Source of the DNA: Candidatus Accumulibacter meliphilus
Lineage (GTDB): Bacteria > Pseudomonadota > Gammaproteobacteria > Burkholderiales > Rhodocyclaceae
NCBI GenBank assembly: GCA_003332265.1
Contig: QPGA01000020.1
Coordinates: forward strand, 6,485-70,484
Length of the DNA stretch: 64,000 nucleotides
Reading direction: 5' to 3'
How positions within the stretch are numbered: position 1 is the stretch's first letter; the number at the start of each line of letters is the position of its first letter. The notes beneath the pieces were generated by a model. The model was not told where the DNA came from. It did not search any database and saw nothing but the letters and a program-made list of their open reading frames with translations. Below are positions 1 through 7,637 of the stretch, in pieces. The position numbers and the translations under genes were made by a program.

Positions 1-1
1 C

Positions 2-958
2 AGTGGCTCGGGAAACGATCTGTTTCGGGCCAAGCTGGGCGATCTCTCGCACCATATCGAGAGCGGAGGCGGCAACGACATGATCGAGCTCGGCGCGGGC
101 GATGACTACGTCGATGCCGGGGCTGGCAACGACACGCTCGATGGTGGAGCGGGCATCGACACCATGATCGGCGGTGACGGCAACGACGCCTACTACGTCC
201 GCGACACCGGGGATGTCGTCACCGAAACCAACGCCACGGCCAGCACCGGCGGCACCGACACCGTCTACAGCTACCTCACAACCTACAACCTCGGTGCGAA
301 CGTCGAGAACGGACGCATCGTCACCACGGCCCCTGCCAACCTTACCGGCAACAGCCTCAACAACTTCCTGTACGCTGGTGCAGGCGACAACACTCTCACC
401 GGTGAGGACACCCCCACTGGTGGCGGTGGCAGTGACACCGTCAGCTACTACTACGGTGTCAGCGGCATGACCGGTGTCACCGTTAGCCTGGAACTCGTCA
501 CCGCTCAGAACACCATTGGTTCGGGCTCAGATACCCTTACCGGAATCGAGAACCTTACCGGATCGGCCTACTCAGACACGCTGACCGGCAACAGCAATGT
601 CAACATCCTCACGGGCGGCCGTGGTAGGGACATTCTTACGGGCAGCGGCGGCAACGACGTCTTCGACTTCAATGCGCTTTCCGAGATGGGCATCAGCAGC
701 TCCACTTGGGACGTCATCACAGATTTCAGCCGGGGAGACAGGATTGACCTCTCGACGCTCGATGCAAATGTTGCCACGACAAGCAGCAATGATGCCTTTA
801 CCGCACTGATCGACGGCGCTGCAAGCTTCACCGCAGCAGGACAGCTCAAGGTATCGGGTGGGGTGCTCTACGGCAACACCGATGTCGATGTTGATCCAGA
901 GTTCGCCATTGAGTTGACCGGTGTTGTCAGCTTGGCGCTGAGTGACTTCATACTCTGA
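2..958 (+). CDS. RTX-type calcium-binding repeat protein, C-terminal part (5' end outside the window), likely type I secretion substrate
   Basis: The frame is open from the window edge (codons from nt 2 read GSGNDLF...). Repeated GGxGxD nonapeptides are present (GAGNDTLDGGAGIDTMIGGDGNDAYY; GGRGRDILTGSGGNDVFDF). The C-terminal DVITDFSRGDRIDLS segment is typical of T1SS C-terminal target domains. Confidence 0.8.
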   Translation, partial: SGSGNDLFRAKLGDLSHHIESGGGNDMIELGAGDDYVDAGAGNDTLDGGAGIDTMIGGDGNDAYYVRDTGDVVTETNATASTGGTDTVYSYLTTYNLGANVENGRIVTTAPANLTGNSLNNFLYAGAGDNTLTGEDTPTGGGGSDTVSYYYGVSGMTGVTVSLELVTAQNTIGSGSDTLTGIENLTGSAYSDTLTGNSNVNILTGGRGRDILTGSGGNDVFDFNALSEMGISSSTWDVITDFSRGDRIDLSTLDANVATTSSNDAFTALIDGAASFTAAGQLKVSGGVLYGNTDVDVDPEFAIELTGVVSLALSDFIL

Positions 959-1114
959 TTCGCAAATGTGATTTTCTGGTTCTTACGGGCCATTTCTCTC
1001 GCAACCCCGTGACTTCGCGAATTAGTGCAGAACTTTTAAAGCGTTGTTTTTGCTGATGTTTTTCGCCCGTCGAACGGGGGGTTTTCGGGCATATGCCATG
1101 GCTATAGTGGTCCT

Positions 1115-1495
1115 CTAGCTCGCGAGGTGTGAAAAATCACCGTGCGCATGGCAATAATGGCGCCGCGGAACGGGCAGTCGTCGGAGGCGATTACTGAGCA
1201 TGGCGGACACCGCGGCATCGGGATCTTCCTCCATGGTGATCACCGGAAGAATCCCGCTTTGCATCAAGCGCGCATGGAGGCCGGGCCCCATGCTGCCGGT
1301 AATCAGGATATTGATTTCGGCCAAGGGTTCGGCAAGCAGCCCGGAACTGGCGTGCAAGCTCTGTTCCATGGACACCTCGACGAGGCGCTTTCCGGTTACG
1401 ACGCCCATTTCAAGGTCGTAGATCCAGAACTTGCGGCACTTGCCGGCGTGTTCGGTAATCGTCTTGCGATTCTGGCTGGTGACGGCGATTTGCAT
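1115..1495 (-). CDS. NifX/NifB-C-like dinitrogenase FeMo-cofactor-binding domain family protein
   Basis: 126-aa ORF. ATG at 1495 is preceded by a GGAAAGGA Shine-Dalgarno. Size and the MQIAVTS...ILITGSMGPG...ILPVI pattern fit the small NifX/NafY/NifB-C domain family. Confidence 0.65.
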   Translation of the reverse strand: MQIAVTSQNRKTITEHAGKCRKFWIYDLEMGVVTGKRLVEVSMEQSLHASSGLLAEPLAEINILITGSMGPGLHARLMQSGILPVITMEEDPDAAVSAMLSNRLRRLPVPRRHYCHAHGDFSHLAS

Positions 1496-1754
1496 GATTT
1501 GTCCTTTCCTGGCAATTTGCTCGTGTCATGGCGAAGCGGCCGACGGTGACGGCAACCTGCCGACGCGTTTTTTTGGACGCCAGCGGTCAGGCTTGCCCGC
1601 TCGTGTCGCTGCCGATCAGCGGGCGGCTGTCGGCCGGATCGCTGTGTGGGGGCATCTCCAGACTGGTGGTGTGTTCTTGAACATCGCCATCCTTGAAGGT
1701 CGGTATTCTTGACTCATCAACTGGCGGCCATGCGCCAACATCAGTGGACTCTTA

Positions 1755-1769
1755 TCAATATTCGTGCCA
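1755..1769 (-). promoter_or_regulatory. candidate sigma54 (-24/-12) promoter upstream of the NifX-like gene
   Basis: The minus strand reads GCTGGCACGAATATTGA. TGGCACG is a perfect -24 element, the GG-to-(G)A spacing is canonical, and -12 is TTGA instead of TTGC. It is almost identical to the element at 6092-6106. Confidence 0.4.
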
Positions 1770-1854
1770 GCGTTCGCGCACCGGAACAAACAGCGGAAAA
1801 GCAACGGCTTGTAGATTTAATGGCCGCACGCTGGCGCTTCTTTTTGGCGCCTGG

Positions 1855-1904
1855 CTGCCGATGTGGCAGTCAAAGCGGCACAATATGGCAGTCCATCTGG
1901 CAGT
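1855..1904. promoter_or_regulatory. cluster of TGGCAG(T) half-sites (candidate enhancer/UAS for a sigma54 activator)
   Basis: Inverted repeat CTGCC-gatgt-GGCAG (1855-1869), plus TGGCAGT at 1864, 1886 and 1898. The cluster lies 87-136 bp upstream (minus-strand sense) of the 1755-1769 promoter. Confidence 0.3.
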
Positions 1905-1966
1905 CTTGCAGACAGTGGTGAGGCATTCATGCTGCGGCAAGGGGAGTCCGGTAGCGGCAGCTGTCG
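1885..1966. repeat. about 80-bp intergenic repeat, copy A (partner at 4773-4852)
   Basis: The two copies align end to end. The 3' 32-mer CGGCAAGGGGAGTCCGgTAGCGGCAgCTgTCG matches 29/32 positions. The 5' part (ATGGCAGTCCATCTGGCAGTCTTGCAGACAGT) is about 75% identical with a 3-nt indel. Confidence 0.6.
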
Positions 1967-1974
1967 TCGTCCGG

Positions 1975-4689
1975 CTACCAGGTCAGCCAGCGCTGCACGA
2001 AGCGGTTGTCACGCCGAATCAGGTAGCGCCTTGACTCGTCACCCAACAGGATCGCGGCCGCGAACGGCAATGCCAGCGAGACCTCGAACCAGCCGATCGC
2101 TGCGGTGCCGAAGAATGGCTGCAGGAACTCGATTTGCGAGATCGCCGCGAGTAGCGCCAGTTCCACCGCGATACCCACCCAGATCAGTTTGTTGCGGAAG
2201 ATGCCGGCAGACAGGATGCTCTGCCGACGCGTGCGGCAGATCAGCACATCCGCCACCTGGCAGATCACCACGGCCGCAAAGAAGGAAGTCACCGCAGTTC
2301 GATAGAGCAAACCCGAGGTTGGTAAGTCGCCGCCCCACACCCAGCCTCCCTGATACAGCACGACGAAGAAGGCGAAGAAACCGGCAGCCGCCTGCAGCAG
2401 GCCCATGATGCCGTAACTGATGGCCAGCAGCGGCCAGGTCAGCAGTCTTTCGTCGCTGCGGCGCGGCGGTTGTTTCATCACGTCCTGTTCCGGCAGCTCG
2501 CGTCCCAGCCCCAAAGCCGGCAACATGTCGGTACCGAGATCGATGGTCAGGATCAGCACCACGGTCAGCGCCAGCGGCGCGTCAATCGCCACGAAGGCGA
2601 TGAAAGGCAATATTTCGGGAACGTTGCTGGTCAGGATGTAGGCGATGAATTTCTTGATGTTGGAGAAGATGGTGCGCCCCTCCTCGATGGCCTGCACGAT
2701 GGTGGCGAAGTTGTCGTCCATCAGCACCATGTCCGCCGCCTCTTTCGCCACCTCGGTACCGGACAGGCCCATCGCCACGCCCATGTTGGCGTTCTTCAAC
2801 GCCGGTGCATCGTTCACGCCATCGCCGGTCACCGTGACCACCTCGCCTTTCTTCTGCAAGGCGTTGACGATCTGAAGCTTCTGCTGCGGCGTGCTGCGTG
2901 CAAATACCAGCTCGCGACTATCCAGCAGAACGGAGAGTTCCTGCTCGCTCATCTGCAGCAGGTTTTCACCCAGAACTATCTGACCGTCGCCGGTGAACAG
3001 GCCGACCTGACGGGCGATGGACTCGGCAGTGGTGTGGTAGTCACCGGTGATCATGAAGACGCGGATACCGGCGCTGCGGCACCTGTCGATCGCTTCGGCG
3101 ATCTCCGGACGCGGCGGATCGAGCATGCCCACCAATCCCAGATAGATGAAGTCCTCCTCACTGGCCGCATCGGCGTCGCTCGTCTTGCAGGCCAGCGCCA
3201 GCACCCGTTCGCCACGCGCCGCCAGCACTTCGTACAGTGCCAGCGCCTTGCCACGAGCCGAGTCATCGAATTCGACCCGCTCACCCTGATGCATACGCTG
3301 CGTGCATTTCTTGAGTACGATCTCCGGCGCACCCTTCATGTAGGCGAGATTGGGCTGACCAGTCCTCGCTTTGTGCGTGGTGATCATGCGTCTGGTGGCG
3401 GAGTCGAACGGACTTTCATGCAGGCGCGGGAAGCGTGCCGCCAGATCGCCGATGGGCTGCAAACCTTGTGCCAGAAGCAGCAGGGCGCCCTCGGTCGGAT
3501 CGCCCAGATAATGCTGCTCGGTCAGCCGTGCGTTGTTGCACAGCGCCATGGTGGCCCAGGCATCGGCGAAACCTTCCTCTTGCGAGAGTCCACTCTGATC
3601 GGCCGACCATTCGCGTTCGCCGAGCACCAGCGTGGCGACCTTCATCCGGTTCTGGGTGATGGTGCCAGTCTTGTCGGTACAGATCACCGTCGTCGAACCC
3701 AGCGTCTCCACCGCTTCCAGGTTCTTGATCAGGGCGTTCTTCCTGGCCATGCGTTTGGAGGCCATGGTCAGCGCCAGCGTCACCGTCGGCAACAGACCTT
3801 CCGGCACGTTGGCCACGATGATGCCGATGGCGAAGATCAGACTGCCGATGAAGGGATTGCCGAGCGCCACGCTGAGCGCGAAGAACAGTACCCCGAGCGC
3901 AATGGCGATGGTGGAGATGATGCGGATGAAATGGCGCAGCTCCTTGCGGATCGGCGTCTCCACCGTACCCGCCTCCTTGGTCAATTGCACGATCTGGCCA
4001 ATCTGCGTGTTCATGCCGGTGCCGTACACCAGCGCGCGGCCGTTACCGCTTTGCACCAGGGTGCCGGAGAACACCATGTTTCGACTCTCCAGCAGATTGT
4101 CATGGGTGCAGGCCAGTTTGCGCAGTTGCGGTTCGCTCTCGCCGGTCAGGGAGGCGTGGTCTACCTTGAGCTGATTCACCTCTATCAGTCGCCCGTCGGC
4201 CGGCACCCGGTCACCCTCTTCCAGCAGGATCACATCGCCAGGCACCACCAGCCGTGCCTCGATGCGCGAGATCTGCCCATCGCGCTGCACCGTGATCATC
4301 TGTGGCAGCATGTTGCGAAAGCTTTCCATGATGCGTTCGCTTTGGTGCTCCTGAATGTAGGTGAACAGCGCGTTGAGCAGTACCACCGCCAGCAGCGCGA
4401 CGCCAATGTAGAAGTTGCCTTCGCCTGGCTTCAGGTAATCGGCGAAAAACGCCAGTGCCGAGCCGACGATGAGCAGCAGCGCGAAGAAGTTGGTGAACTG
4501 GCGCAGGAACTTGACGATCTCGGGCGTCTCTTTGCGTACCCGTAGTTCATTGCTACCGTACTCGAGCAGTCGTTGGGCGGCCTCGGCGCCGCTCAGTCCG
4601 TCCCCTGTGCAGTGCAGACGCTGCCGCAAGGCTTCCAGCGGAATGCGGTGCTGGTCAGCAGGCACAGTTGTCTCTTCATGATGAGTCAT
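1975..4689 (-). CDS. cation-translocating P-type ATPase (P2-like)
   Basis: Motifs TGES, PEGLLPTV, DKTGTITQN, KGAPE, MITGDYHTTA and TGDGVNDAPALK, with about 10 TM segments. Start chosen at ATG 4689 (MTHHEETT, GAGAGG SD 6 nt upstream). The ORF is open to 4755. Confidence 0.9.
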   Translation of the reverse strand: MTHHEETTVPADQHRIPLEALRQRLHCTGDGLSGAEAAQRLLEYGSNELRVRKETPEIVKFLRQFTNFFALLLIVGSALAFFADYLKPGEGNFYIGVALLAVVLLNALFTYIQEHQSERIMESFRNMLPQMITVQRDGQISRIEARLVVPGDVILLEEGDRVPADGRLIEVNQLKVDHASLTGESEPQLRKLACTHDNLLESRNMVFSGTLVQSGNGRALVYGTGMNTQIGQIVQLTKEAGTVETPIRKELRHFIRIISTIAIALGVLFFALSVALGNPFIGSLIFAIGIIVANVPEGLLPTVTLALTMASKRMARKNALIKNLEAVETLGSTTVICTDKTGTITQNRMKVATLVLGEREWSADQSGLSQEEGFADAWATMALCNNARLTEQHYLGDPTEGALLLLAQGLQPIGDLAARFPRLHESPFDSATRRMITTHKARTGQPNLAYMKGAPEIVLKKCTQRMHQGERVEFDDSARGKALALYEVLAARGERVLALACKTSDADAASEEDFIYLGLVGMLDPPRPEIAEAIDRCRSAGIRVFMITGDYHTTAESIARQVGLFTGDGQIVLGENLLQMSEQELSVLLDSRELVFARSTPQQKLQIVNALQKKGEVVTVTGDGVNDAPALKNANMGVAMGLSGTEVAKEAADMVLMDDNFATIVQAIEEGRTIFSNIKKFIAYILTSNVPEILPFIAFVAIDAPLALTVVLILTIDLGTDMLPALGLGRELPEQDVMKQPPRRSDERLLTWPLLAISYGIMGLLQAAAGFFAFFVVLYQGGWVWGGDLPTSGLLYRTAVTSFFAAVVICQVADVLICRTRRQSILSAGIFRNKLIWVGIAVELALLAAISQIEFLQPFFGTAAIGWFEVSLALPFAAAILLGDESRRYLIRRDNRFVQRWLTW

Positions 4690-4772
4690 GGCACGCCTCT
4701 CGGTCGATATCGGAGCCGGGCTTGCGCGGGCAAGGCGCAGCGCTGAATCAATCATAATTCGACCCGGCGGCG

Positions 4773-4852
4773 ATGGTTCATCTGGCCGTCGTGCTGACAG
4801 TCCTGGGGGCGTCCGTTCTACGGCAAGGGGAGTCCGCTAGCGGCAACTATCG
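4773..4852. repeat. about 80-bp intergenic repeat, copy B (partner at 1885-1966)
   Basis: See copy A. This copy overlaps the stop codon (4847-4849) of the SQR-like gene and lies 84-163 bp upstream of the ATPase start. Confidence 0.6.
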
Positions 4853-5983
4853 GTATTTTCTGAGATACACGCCTTCGAAAAAGCGTTTGGCCCAGTGGAA
4901 GAGGCGCGACGAGGGCAGGATGATCTGGCGCCGTGGGTTGCGAAACACCAGCGTGCCGTGGTCGATGGCGTCGATGATGCAGATCAGTTCGACCTTGAAG
5001 CTTGCGCTCGGCGTTTGTCCGCGCAGGCCCGCGAGCACATTCTCTGCCGCGGCGGCGGCCTGCAGGTCGGCCATGTGGGCCTGCTTGGGCATCCACTCGG
5101 GGCCCGGAAAGCTGCCGGAGTCGCCGACCACATACAGGTGTTGGCTGCCAAGGACACGGCACTGCGCGTCAGCCTGAAGCAGGCCACCCGGCGAACGCGG
5201 CAGTGCGGTCGTGTCAAACCAGAGGTTGCCGGTCATGCCGGGCATGAAGAGGATGAGGTCGGCTGCGAACTCGCCACCCGCGGTGACCACCCGGTCGGCC
5301 TCGAAGCGCTCCATCTTGTGGCCGAGGTGGGTGCGAATGCCACGCTTGTCCATTTCCGCCAGCAGATAGTTGACCGCTTTCGGGCCGAGACGCTGACCCG
5401 GTTCCTTTGACGGATTGAAAAACACCAGCTCGAACTTCTCCCGCCGACCCTCGCGCTTGAGCTGCTCGTCAATGCCGAACAGGAACTCGAACATGGGGCC
5501 GCCGCGCACTGCGGCAGGCTCGTTGGGGTTGCCCGCAAAACCCACAGCAATGACACCGCCGTGCATGGCGCGCAGGCGATCACGAATCTTCTCGGCCGCA
5601 GCAATCCCCTCGCAGGGGGTGATGGCGTGCTCGATGCCCGGCAGCTTCTTGATGAAGCGCCCGCCGCTGGCAATCACCAGCGCATCGTTACCGACGTCGC
5701 CGGCCGTGCTCTCGACGACCCGCCCGCCGTCACGCAGGCCCGTCACCTCGGCGGCCACGTGCATCACCTGCATGCGCCGAAAGAAGTTCGCCAGCGGCAC
5801 TATCAGCTGTTCGCGCGTGCGCAGACCCGAGGGAATCCAGATCGTGCCGGGAAGATAGTGCAGCTCCGCGCGCGGCGCGATCACGGTGATCTCGACTTTC
5901 GGATCGCGGCGGCGGATTTCAAGCACGCTGGAGAGCGCGCCGAAGCCGGCGCCGATGACGGTAATGCGGGGGGGTGGATTCAT
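4847..5983 (-). CDS. FAD-dependent pyridine nucleotide-disulfide oxidoreductase, sulfide:quinone oxidoreductase-like
   Basis: N-terminal Rossmann motif ITVIGAGFGAL. Overall SQR/FCSD-like layout with conserved Cys in ITPCEG and ELICIID, plus a VVGDSG FAD motif. Start set at ATG 5983, because the first ATG of the ORF (6091) abuts the -12 element of the predicted promoter. Confidence 0.7.
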   Translation of the reverse strand: MNPPPRITVIGAGFGALSSVLEIRRRDPKVEITVIAPRAELHYLPGTIWIPSGLRTREQLIVPLANFFRRMQVMHVAAEVTGLRDGGRVVESTAGDVGNDALVIASGGRFIKKLPGIEHAITPCEGIAAAEKIRDRLRAMHGGVIAVGFAGNPNEPAAVRGGPMFEFLFGIDEQLKREGRREKFELVFFNPSKEPGQRLGPKAVNYLLAEMDKRGIRTHLGHKMERFEADRVVTAGGEFAADLILFMPGMTGNLWFDTTALPRSPGGLLQADAQCRVLGSQHLYVVGDSGSFPGPEWMPKQAHMADLQAAAAAENVLAGLRGQTPSASFKVELICIIDAIDHGTLVFRNPRRQIILPSSRLFHWAKRFFEGVYLRKYR

Positions 5984-6091
5984 GAAAGGAGGCTTCTTGT
6001 TGGCAGGGGGTTGCAGGGGGCTATCAGCGGCGCGGCGCATGGTCCTACAAGGCCGAGGGCATCGGCCGTGAAGGGCATCAGCGTTCAGCAT

Positions 6092-6106
6092 TCAAGAATC
6101 GTGCCA
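6092..6106 (-). promoter_or_regulatory. candidate sigma54 (-24/-12) promoter of the SQR-like/ATPase transcription unit
   Basis: The minus strand reads GCTGGCACGATTCTTGA. It shares the same GCTGGCACGA 10-mer, spacing and TTGA -12 element with 1755-1769. It lies about 100 nt upstream of ATG 5983. Confidence 0.45.
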
Positions 6107-6190
6107 GCTAGTGGCGGCGCGCAACAGGCCCGGTATTTACAGCGCTTGACGGTGAGCTGACGATTTTCACGGGCTGACGATCGCTGCCGC

Positions 6191-6218
6191 CTGCCAAAAC
6201 ATGGCAGTATTTGGCAGA
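6191..6218. promoter_or_regulatory. TGGCAG inverted/direct repeat cluster (candidate UAS in the divergent sqr-like/fisR-like intergenic region)
   Basis: CTGCCA-aaaca-TGGCAG palindrome (6191-6207), followed by TGGCAGA at 6212 with a 10-bp offset. It lies about 85-110 bp upstream of the 6092-6106 promoter. Confidence 0.35.
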
Positions 6219-7135
6219 TCAGACGGTCGTGACATGTCGAGACAGCGCTGATGATGAATGTCTTGACCGTTGCCCCCTTCCCTTCTTCCCCGACCCTTCT
6301 CGCGCCGAATTGATTTCCTTCCTCGAGTCGCTTGTCGAGCCGCATATCCTGTGTGATCGGAACTACCGCATCATTGCCGCCAACGACAGGTATCGTGCCA
6401 AATGGGAGGGGCAGCAGAAAATCATTGGCCGAACCTGCCACGAGGTATCGCACCGATATAGCGTGCCGTGCGACCAGGCCGGGGGGTCTTGTCCGCTGCT
6501 GCGCAGTCTGCGCTCCGGTCAGCGGGAGCGTGTCGTGCATCTGCATCACACCCCGCTCGGCGAACGTCTCGCAGACATCGAGTTGGCGCCCATTCGGAAC
6601 GCCGACGGCGAAATGGTCGAGGCCGGAAGCTTCCGGGAGGATCTGTACTATCGCCTGAATGTTTTCCCGATCTTCCTGCCGGCCCTGCGGGAACGGCGGG
6701 AGGACATTGTGCTGCTGGCCGAAACACTGCTCCGCCAGAGTCTCTGGCGGACGTTCGCCGCGCCTGAGCCGCGCGGCGATCGGCTGGTTGCGCGACTACG
6801 ATTCCCCGGGAAATGTCCGCGAACTGCGCAACCTGCTCGAACGTGCCTGCCTGCTGAGCGACAGCGATGAAATCGACCTGCGGCACCTGCCGGCAAGCGC
6901 AGCGGGCGGGGGGCAGCGGTCGCTGGCGAGAAAAAGCCTGCCATCGGGGCCAGAATCAGGCCAGAAATTGAAACTCGGCGATGCACAACTGCTCGATCTT
7001 GCGGCCAGTTTTCCCGGTAGCCGAAAAGAGCTCGCGCACCATGCCGGTCTGTCGGAACGGACGCTCTACCGGCGCTTGAACGCCCTCGGGGTGCTGGAGC
7101 AGGCCGAGAAAAGCCGGCGCAGCGGAACGAAGTAA
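6211..7135 (+). pseudogene. FisR-like PAS/sensor sigma54-dependent transcriptional activator, disrupted (AAA+ core deleted plus frameshift)
   Basis: The N-terminal sensor domain (C-x10-C-x6-C) runs directly (junction about 6610-6622) into [30 protein letters not shown]. Walker A, GAFTGA and Walker B are therefore absent. The reading frame shifts near 6737-6741 from frame 1 to frame 2, where [28 protein letters not shown] and a Fis-type HTH (LAHHAGLSERTLYRRL) continue. Confidence 0.75.
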
Positions 7136-7153
7136 CCGCTTCGCGCGGCTAGC

Positions 7154-7339
7154 CTATTTGCTCGGCTTCTGGCTGTCAGCCTGTGCCTGTTTTTCCCGCA
7201 GTCGCTTGTTCTTGTCCTCACTGCCGAAAAAGACGTAGCGGCCGGCGAGTTCGCAGCCTTTCATTCCCGGATCACAAACCAGGTTGTTCACCTTGGCACA
7301 TAGGCCCTTGATTTCATGCGGACAGCCCCACGACGACAT
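7154..7339 (-). CDS. small conserved-looking four-cysteine protein (61 aa), function unknown
   Basis: ATG 7339 has a GGAG 6 nt upstream. Sequence: MSSWGCPHEIKGLCAKVNNLVCDPGMKGCELAGRYVFF plus a Lys/Gln-rich tail. The coding call rests on the SD and the non-GC-skewed composition only. Confidence 0.5.
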   Translation of the reverse strand: MSSWGCPHEIKGLCAKVNNLVCDPGMKGCELAGRYVFFGSEDKNKRLREKQAQADSQKPSK

Positions 7340-7637
7340 GGCAATCTCCAAAAAAGGCGGCGATCAACGCGGCCAGAACGCAAGAAGACAATTACCTTAC
7401 CACGAGAGCGGCTCCTGGCGTTCTTCACGGTCGGTGCTCATTGCCTTGCTGTAAGCAGTGATGGTAGGAGCGCTAGTATAGTGCGGCATCCTTGAGGAGA
7501 CTCTCGGCAATCATCCCCCACCCACGCTCATTGCGAGGAGGCGCAGCCGACGCGGCAATCCAGAGTTTGGCTTTTCGCGTTGTCTCGCGTTGTCGATGCG
7601 GGGGAAAATGGCGAGCTCGATTCAGGAGCTACGCTGG

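Noticed and set aside
1060-1090. Short hairpin CCCGT-cga-ACGGG followed by GGTTTTC between the RTX gene and the NifX-like gene (a possible terminator).
   Set aside because: The stem is only 5 bp and the U-tract is interrupted, which is too weak to call.
1886-1910. Plus-strand TGGCAG...TTGCA / TGGCA strings (1898-1910, 6202-6216, 5997-6011) that resemble sigma54 promoters at first sight.
   Set aside because: The GG-to-GC spacing is 7 or 9 nt instead of the invariant 10, and no plus-strand gene lies downstream. They are better explained as activator half-sites (see findings).
2470-4545. Very long ORFs antisense to real genes (for example 2470-4545 +, 8880-10562 +, 12758-14047 -, 19341-21428 -, 23552-25060 +, 36781-38073 -, 58503-59993 +).
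   Set aside because: The translations are Arg/Gly/His/Pro/Ala-rich and low in complexity, with no recognisable motifs. They mirror strongly supported genes on the other strand, which is typical of stop-codon-poor frames in about 63% GC DNA.
5984-6091. N-terminal extension of the SQR-like ORF to ATG 6091, and similar upstream extensions (28027 for the PEP-CTERM gene, 45375 for DUF721, 43637 for PilZ, 47074 for lpxC, 51344 for ddl, 53852 for murG, 62451 for ftsL, 15666 for hsdS, 14572 for the DUF1016 gene).
   Set aside because: The extensions are compositionally biased and overlap the upstream gene or predicted promoter. They precede well-conserved N-termini that begin at internal ATG or GTG codons, often with SD sequences or 4-nt stop/start overlaps.
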